A DNA stretch of 63,648 nt, the filler included, from Fonticula-like sp. SCN 57-25 (taxonomy: Eukaryota): NCBI GenBank assembly GCA_001724245.1. It is 11 parts of 11 records of this genome, joined end to end, with 100 filler letters (N's around TTAATTAATTAA, not from the genome) between each part and the next. Parts side by side here need not be neighbours in the genome. Positions count along the whole stretch, not along the records: positions 53,443 to 58,497 come from MEDX01000736.1; positions 58,598 to 63,648 come from MEDX01000737.1; 9 more parts are not named here. The stretch is one strand, 5' to 3'. Position 1 is the stretch's first letter, and every line of letters begins with the position of its first letter. The position numbers and the translations under genes were made by a program. The notes under the pieces are model-generated. The model ran no database searches, had not been told where the DNA came from, and saw only the letters and a program-made list of their open reading frames with translations. Below are positions 56,446 through 63,648 of this stretch, piece after piece.

Positions 56446-58497
56446 TTACTGCTCTCTTTCTAGTATCTTCTCCAGAAGGAGCATCATTTTTGCAATCTGT
56501 GACTCCTTTGCGCTGATAGACAGTTCGCATCTCTCTTTTTCCACTTTCGCTCGTTGTCTCTCCTGTTGCAGCACTTGTCGCAACTCCTCGTTTTCACTGC
56601 GAAATTGCATGCATTTGACTTTGAACTTGTAGGACTGTTGAGATAGTTTAGCTATTCGCTTTCGCAGCCCCTCTTCTTCTGTCATTTTGGGGTGCTGGGT
56701 TTGCACTTGATTTTCTGACTGATTTTGCTGATCCTGCACTTGGTTCTCTTGTTGATTTTGTGTTTCATTTTCTTGTTTTATTTGATTCTCTGGAATGTTT
56801 TGTGTTTGTTGATTCTGTGCTTGATCTTCTTGTCGTACTTCATTCTCTTGTTGGGTTTGTAGTCCATTCTCCTGTTTGACCTCTGTTCTCACTACATCAT
56901 CACTGTCTCCTCTATTTTCCATTGCAGCTGCTTGTTGCAGCTCTATTGCAATTGAAACTTGCTTGTTATCCATTGTAGCAACTGCAATATGTGGTGCTGC
57001 AGCTAATGTATCATTGGGAACAACTTCAATCCCTGGGTTCTTTGCAACTTCTATCCTCTGAGTAGAAAAGGTGAATAACACATCTCTCACTAGCTCTTGC
57101 ACTGTGTCAATCAATTGGGTCAAGTGGTGGGATCGAATATTGGGATACTCGTTCAAGAGTTGCTCTGTTTTCCATGCAGCAAGTTGTCTCCTTGTCAACT
57201 GGATAGTTTCCTTGGTAGTGGAAATATGCTTCAATGGTTCAGCTGTGAAAAGTGAGGCCAAAAAAACAAGATTGAGTCGGGAAGAGCCCTAGAATGATTT
57301 AGCAATGTTACAAGAAGCAACTTACCGATGTAATCTCTTCAGGTTCAATAAAAATATGGAATGGGATATTCAACTTTTTAGATGCAGCGATAACCTGTTC
57401 TGCCCGAGTGGTAAGATCTGATTCTGCTAACAATTGGTCCAATTGACTGCGTGAGAAGAGTTCATCAGAAATAGCATAAAGTAAGTGTGCGTAAATTGAA
57501 GAGTCACGAATATCAGTGAGTAAGTTTGAAATTACAGGTGCATCTTTTGAGAAAGTTGACTGTAAAACATTATTTGTCCATCGAACCAAGAGTTCACGAC
57601 TGTCACATTGCATAAAATTGTGTAATGTTTCAGAATCTTGCTTTAACATTATGAATGTCGGGTGGTAGTGTAACGAAACTTGCAAAAACAAGGATTGTCT
57701 CAAAATTTGCCACAGAATACTGAACAAGGTGTTGAGCTATTGTGGTAACAAATCACAATGAAAGAGTGAATGAGATAATGAATGAATGAGTGAAAGAAAA
57801 AATGGGTGGAAATGTGGATAAGAGAACGAATGAAAGGAATAATGGGTGAAAGTGAATCAATAAGTGAATTAACGAATGAATAAGAGAATGAAATAAATGA
57901 ACCAATAAGTGGATGAGTAATATCATTGAAAATCAACAAACTCACCCTTCCTTCAGCAATATCCTGCGGTTTCACATTCATAATCGTACATCCAATCTCT
58001 TCAGCAGCTTTGAGTCCCAGAGAGATATTCTCAATTACTTGAAATTTCGTGATTTTGCGCTTCTCTGTTGACACATGGATGGCCCTCTCATTTATCGTGT
58101 GTGGCTGGACAATGTTGACCAATTTACTGTTGTGCTAATGTGTCAGAAAATAGGGGATCAATTGACCGTAGATCGTTACCATAGCAGCACACCATCCTGG
58201 AACAGACCCAAGAATGCATCACTCTCATCCTCCAAATTATGTTCTATCCATCCAGTTTCGCTGTTCAACTTTGAATTCAGGAAGTTGAGACACGTGCGTC
58301 GTTCCGAACGTTTGAACGACTGAATCGCACTCGCAGTGCGTGTCTTCTGTCGCTTCTGCAACAACTTTGCATCCAAGGCAGCAGCAGGTTCAATGATATC
58401 ATTGGAGGATAACTTGATCTCTATTCGCTTGAAAAGCTCCTTCATCATGTAGAAATGCAGATCCTTGATGGTGCAATTGAATTTTTGGGCAACTGCT
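56446..58497 (-). CDS. Protein with one fimbrin/plastin-type actin-binding (2xCH) domain and coiled-coil tail, 5'-truncated
   Basis: FQDGVLL, PHTINERAI, ENISLGLKAAEEIGC, ILWQILR, LLVRWTN, DIRDSSIY, RAEQVI and LNLVFLASLF; followed by a Q/E/N tract and a coiled coil. Confidence 0.82.
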
Positions 58498-58667
58498 NNN
58501 NNNNNNNNNNNNNNNNNNNNNNNNNNNNNNNNNNNNNNNNNTTAATTAATTAANNNNNNNNNNNNNNNNNNNNNNNNNNNNNNNNNNNNNNNNNNNNAAG
58601 ATTTGAAAATCGCATGCGTTTAGGGTCTTTCCTTTTTCGTATAATTCCATTTTATGGGTCCCCACTC

Positions 58668-58719
58668 CAATATGGTGTGCAATATGGTGTGCAATATGGT
58701 GTGCAATATGGTGTGCAAT
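58668..58719 (+). repeat. 12-bp tandem repeat (CAATATGGTGTG)x4
   Basis: Seen directly. Confidence 0.95.
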
Positions 58720-58762
58720 GTAATGTGTGACTCATGGGGCTTCTCGAAGTTGTTTTGCCAGC

Positions 58763-59029
58763 ATGACACCTGTACGGGCTGGAGCCGTGATTGTGTGCTT
58801 CACAATATTGGCGTTGCTGGATAACGTTCAAGCGCAAACGCTCGCTCATTATCGCTCGAGCGAGCTGATCGCACCAGGCTCGAGTAACGAATCGCGAGGG
58901 TTTGGCTCGCAAATTGCTGTTGCTACTGATGGGCCAATCGATTTTGTAGCCGTTGGCGCCCCGGGCGCGGCAGTCCCACCGTGGCGTCGGGCGAACGTAA
59001 AACTATTCCTGACTCGGAGGTTCATTTAG
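58763..59029 (+). pseudogene. Fragment of a secreted FG-GAP/integrin-alpha-like protein
   Basis: Signal peptide MTPVRAGAVIVCFTILALL..VQA, then FGSQIAV...FVAVGAPG; no convincing continuation. Confidence 0.4.
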
Positions 59030-59674
59030 GTTGGTCGCGCGAGGACAGTGGGAAGTTCAATTCTATGTGCAGGCCGGTGGCTGGTGCATCCCGTTCTTGA
59101 GAAAAGATTCATTGTGATTTCCGAGTGAGTTTGGACTGTTTGGTCGGTCGCGCGCACTTAGGACAACGGAAAGTTCGATTCAATAATGTCCTATACTCCA
59201 CCGTTTGGCAGAAAGAGAGGTCACTATTAGTCGGTCCTGGTTCCTGACTCGAGCTCTGGCGTCGACCGGCTTCATCAAAAAGACGGTACACTTCCAACGG
59301 CGGTAGCGGCAAAGTCCGACCAGGGAGTTGAGTGAACGCAAAACTATTTCTAATTCGGACATCAATCTTCCAGCAGTGACGCGTTAAACCCTGGACGACA
59401 CTCCGCGTGCATGCACACAACGTTAGGTGTTGATCATGTTCCAGTGACCACCAGATCACCTCTCGATGGTCCGAAATCGCGTTTCGAACTAGCCTTTGGC
59501 GTCCTCGTCGGAGTCGTCGCGGCTTCTTTGTGCTGAAGGGTAAAGCAGGAACTCCAGAGAAGACAACTCCCGTGCCGGCATCGCTAGATTAAAAAAGGGG
59601 ATTCACAAAATATGCCCACCGCCATCATGCGTGGTCGACTACCTACAGAACATCTTTCCACAGGTCATGGTGAA

Positions 59675-59948
59675 GCACGATGATCTCGGCGCTGGCGTGA
59701 ATGAGGTCCGTCCGTGACGAGTGCCCATGGCCATGGCGCGACCCAGCGACTTTGCTGGACACGGCATAAATTATTTGCGCGAGCACGCTGATCTTAACGC
59801 CGTCGGGAGAGTGTGTTCTCCCTCGCGTCCGAAACGAGTGGCCCACGGCCCTGGCGCGACCCAGTGACTTTGCAGGACACGGTATAAATTCTTTACGCGA
59901 GCACGATGATCTTGGCGCTGGCGTGAAAGAGCGTGTTCTCCATTGCGT
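59675..59948. repeat. Degenerate tandem repeat, ~110-bp unit, ~2.4 copies
   Basis: GCACG(A/C)TGATCT starts at 59675, 59783 and 59901; TGGCGCGACCCAG.GACTTTGC.GGACACGG.ATAAATT occurs twice. Confidence 0.85.
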
Positions 59949-60999
59949 CAATGACCTCGCCGCCGTCATCGTCGTACTGCAGGACCCCGTGAGCGTAATA
60001 TGAGCTTCTCTTTGTTTATATCATCGCCTGTCGTTCGGCACTCTCAGCTGATCAGGGGGTTCTTCGGCGCACCAAGAGCGTGCCGTAGCGGACAATTAAC
60101 ACGCGTTTTGCGCTCGACGATCTTGACCACTGTGAAAGGCCTTGGCCTTGGCCTTGCAACGAGCCCTTCGCACTTGACGAGCAAGGCTCTGCCTTTCATT
60201 GGGAGGACAGCGCGATGTCTCTGCAATGCTCAGCCGTACCAAGAGCAGCCCAGAGGTCGCGCGCCTCATTTGCATTCAATTATCTGCAGTGGCCAGTATA
60301 GGTTGCACGTTAATAAAATTACGAAAAGTATAGTATATTTATGCGATAGGGGTCACAGTTGCAAGATGCCGTTGCCAGGCCGTGTGACGAATATCGCCAC
60401 AATCGCCTTTGCATTGCGGTCGCCGGTGTAGTACTTCTGCCAAACATTCCGGAAAATTCGTGCATTTTCAACTCCTTGACGCGCGAAACCGCGCAGCCCT
60501 TAACCGGCACGTCAAGAGCCAAGTGCTCCTTCGGCGCGCACAGGCTGTCCGCTCGTTCATATTTTGAAGCGCGAGCGGCAGTCTGCCTGGTTCTGGTTCA
60601 TGACGCTCCTGCGCGTTGCCCTGGCCAGTTTTACATAGAGAAAGCAAACCCGCACGACGTCTTTGCGATGACGTTAACAGCGCGGTCGCCCAGTTGATAA
60701 GCTTGCCCATGCCCGCCTCGGCCAGCGATGGCCTGGTCCATCCATGCTGCAACGCGCTGGTTAAACACACCATCGACAAAAATAGTAAAGATTCCCTCTT
60801 TATCCCCCTACTCTCGACACAAAACCAGACGAAAAGCAGTTCCACGCTTCGCTTTCGAGTAAGGCAAAGGACTATTCGGGATCTAGGCGGATTTCTTAGT
60901 GGGGCGTCCCACTGCCGTTGTGGAGAATGCGATGAGCACCCTGACTGGGCAGCTGTCGGAAAACAATCCCAACATGATGTTGCCACATGTTGACGGAAA

Positions 61000-61150
61000 T
61001 ATGATCTCACCGCCTACGCGCATATTGCGACCTATGAATTCTTTCTTCCTTTTCCGCCGCGAGCAGCACGTACGACTGCAAGCGATGTCGACTCGTCTGT
61101 CAACAACCAAAGTATTTTAAGCAGGTAGCTCGGTTCTAAAAGAAACCTCC
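61000..61150 (+). pseudogene. HMG-box remnant
   Basis: RILRPMNSFFLFRRE...LSTTKVF; helix 2 (KQVARF*) requires a frameshift and contains a stop. Confidence 0.6.
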
Positions 61151-61562
61151 CACCCCATGCGCAGACAGGACATGGCTGCTCCATTTATGCGTGGCGACGT
61201 CGAAATCGTAAGTGGATTCCGCGTTTGAGTTCACCATCTCGATGCCCGCGAGGATAAGCTCCTCGGCATCGTCTATGGCCACGAGAGCCAGCCGCAACGT
61301 CAGCTCGAGTAGCCGCTGTAATCGATTTGTTCGAGGTCGAGACCTATAAAAGCCGGGCGACGCCTAACCTGAGCCACGAACTGCTCGCGAAGTGCTTCGA
61401 CGCGAGCGACATGCCCCCCTCCACAATGGCGAGAGTTCGGTTCGGAAGCGTGGAATAGCGTTCCAATCAGGCTGCTTATGCCTCTTGCTACGATGATTGG
61501 TCAAAACAATATTCTTGATTGGTCGGCAAAGATTAGTACGCATTTTATTGGTCCACTATTAT

Positions 61563-61598
61563 TGATCTGATCTGATCTGATCTGATTTGATCTGATTT
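61563..61598 (+). repeat. (TGATC/TGATT)n pentamer microsatellite
   Basis: Seen directly. Confidence 0.9.
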
Positions 61599-61718
61599 AT
61601 TCGTGCGATTACGCGATTAGGAGAACGGTCTTGAAAATCTCGAGATACTTGTGTCCCATTTCGGTAGCGAAAGACGATCAGGGCGCCGCTGGGGGCGCGC
61701 TGTTTCCATACTACAAAT

Positions 61719-63648
61719 ATGATGGAGGAACGGCGAGGCGGCGCTCTGAGAAGGTTGCGGGGCGTCCTGTTCGCCCTGGCGGTACTGCTGGGTGTGCTGA
61801 CCAATCGTGCCAGCCGATCTACTGCACCAAGAGCTCGCCCAGTTACTCTGCGTTCAATGCCGAATGGCCGGAGTCGCTTCAGGCCGGCTCGTCGACCGCG
61901 GGCACCTGCGCTCCGGGCTTCTCTGGCACGACAGCGCGCTCCTGCTCGCTTACTGGTGTGTGGGGAACCCCTTCGCCGACCTGCGTGGCGATCAAGTGCG
62001 CCGCCATCGGCAACGACGGCGCGCACAGCTCGTGGGGGAAGACGCAGGCCGGCTCGAACAGCTTCGGTACCTGTCTGGCCGGCTATGAAGGCGCACCGAC
62101 CCGCGCGTGCAGCATCACTGGCCGATGGGAGGCTGTGGCTTCGCCTTGCACTCAAAAGAAGTGCGCGGCCGGCACGTTCTCCAATAGTGTCTGGGAGAAA
62201 TCGCTCGGTAACTTGACGGCGACGGGAGCTTGCGTACTCGGAACGGCGGGCTCGGTGACGCGCACCTGCTCGACGGACGGCGTATGGGGCCCGATCTCGG
62301 GCGCGTGCATTGGTGTCTTGTGCCCTGCCGAGACGATGGACAACGCCGAGTGGCCGCAGATGCCGCAGGGTAGCACTGCGTCGGGCTCATGTGTGACCGG
62401 CTATGGACCATCTCCGGCTCCGAGCCGCCTCTGCCTCGCGAGCGGCGTATGGGACTCCATTGTTGGTGCCTGTGTTCGTCTTACTTGCGAGGCGGCAACC
62501 TTTGAGAATGCCGATTGGCCCAAGGAGAACTCGATGACGGACGGTGTTCGTGGCACTTGCGTTGCTGGCTGGCAGGGCGCACCCGTGCGCGACTGCTCCG
62601 TGGCGGGCCATTACTCTACCGTGTCAAACCGGTGCACTCGCATTACATGTCCTGCTCTTGAGGACGCGACTGGTTCCTGGACTTTGGCCAATGCCGGCAC
62701 GAGCACTGTTGCTGGCGCCTGCCGCGCTGGCTCGTACGGGACGGCTACGCGCGATTGCGGAGTTGATGGAACCTGGAGCGCGCCTACGGGTTACTGTGTT
62801 GCTCACTCGTGCGAGCCGGAGTACGCTGGGCAAGTATCTTGGCCTACAACGTCTGCTGGCGGCTCCGCGGGTGGTTCCTGCGAGACCGGCTACTCGGGCA
62901 GTCCGTCGCGCGCCTGCTCGTCTGTCGGTGAGTGGGAGGTGATTGTGAACCCGTGTGTGCAGAATGTGTGCCCTGCAGTGTTTGACGACCATGTTGCGTG
63001 GCCATTGACGCCCTCACTGTCGCTTCCCGTCGAAGGTGTATGCGAGAGCGGCTTCTTTGGTTCTCCTTCGCGCGTGTGCGGCGATGACGGTAACTGGATC
63101 GCTGTTGTTGATCCCTGCGCTCCGCTGCTCTGCCCTGCTGTGCTGGTCGGCGACGCCAACTGGCTTGCGACGAGTGCGGGCGAAGAGACCATTGGCGCGT
63201 GCATCGCCGGCTACAAAGGGACGCCTCGTCGCCAGTGCCTCTCCTTGGGCGCGTGGGGCACCATCAGCGACCCGTGCACGATCCAGTACCCGAACTGCCC
63301 GAGCGACACCGTCGGGATGACGTTTTTCCCGTCGGCGGAGCCCGGCGAGGTGTCCATCGGCAACTGCGCGACTGATTTCATGAATGCGGCTGCCGTCCCG
63401 CCGTCCCGCCAGTGCTTTGCCAACGGCACCTGGGAGGCCGAGTTTAGCAACCCCTGCGCGCTGATCCCTGTCGACGTTTCCGGCACCTTGTCGAACCTGA
63501 CGTGGGTATCGAAGACTTCCACTGATGTGTCGCTCTCGTGGAGCGCCATCAACATGACCGTGAACACGACCTTCCGCGTTGAGGTTGCGACAGGCACTGG
63601 CTCGTTTGTGGTTGCAAACAACGACGGTGCTGTCCATCTCACGGCGAC
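61719..63648 (+). CDS. Cys-rich repeat cell-surface/receptor ectodomain (10 x ~54 aa) + FN3, 3'-truncated; signal peptide out of frame
   Basis: Stop-free frame from 61586 to the window end, absent from the ORF track. Repeats C...NA.W..T.AG....G.C..GY.G.P.R.C...G.W......C start at 61823, 61997, 62162, 62321, 62486, 62648, 62810, 62969, 63131 and 63296, then FN3-like NLTWVSKTSTDVSLSW. Confidence 0.82.

Noticed and set aside
59675-59948. CRISPR-like array
   Set aside because: The intervening sequences are themselves homologous and there are no cas genes; it is a tandem duplication.

Overview
This window is not one locus. It is 11 eukaryotic contigs of about 5 kb (one of 10.8 kb) joined by 100-nt N spacers that each carry the all-frame stop linker TTAATTAATTAA, and composition and intron style suggest at least two protists. 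Contig 1 (1-5322) is a Polinton/Maverick (adintovirus-like) fragment: a 1600-aa protein-primed PolB plus a retroviral-type integrase that the ORF track misses. The GC-rich contigs with short introns encode ENTR1-like, DBF2/NDR kinase, RPN2, a MEST-like hydrolase, a possible Mim2-like protein, REX4 and p47/Shp1. One of them also carries a tightly packed, intron-poor four-gene block (orphan, vWA protein, orphan, CCCH-zinc-finger alpha-kinase). The AT-richer contigs encode RhoGAP, RING-F-box-LRR, Nup133, an F-box-Ras fusion, a PPR protein, OGFr-like, a TSET TTRAY subunit, tandem BTB, a 7TM protein, amidase, RAV1/DMXL, NAA60, a GT-A glycosyltransferase, coronin, ECH1 and a half-fimbrin, plus a PIF/Harbinger transposon next to tRNA-Leu(AAG). 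The last contig holds decayed gene fragments and a 10-repeat Cys-rich + FN3 ectodomain. The most striking observations are an ankyrin gene apparently built with 3-, 9-, 3- and 6-nt micro-exons, the split vWA/alpha-kinase cassette, the F-box-Ras fusion and the Polinton. All calls come from reading motifs by eye; no searches were run.
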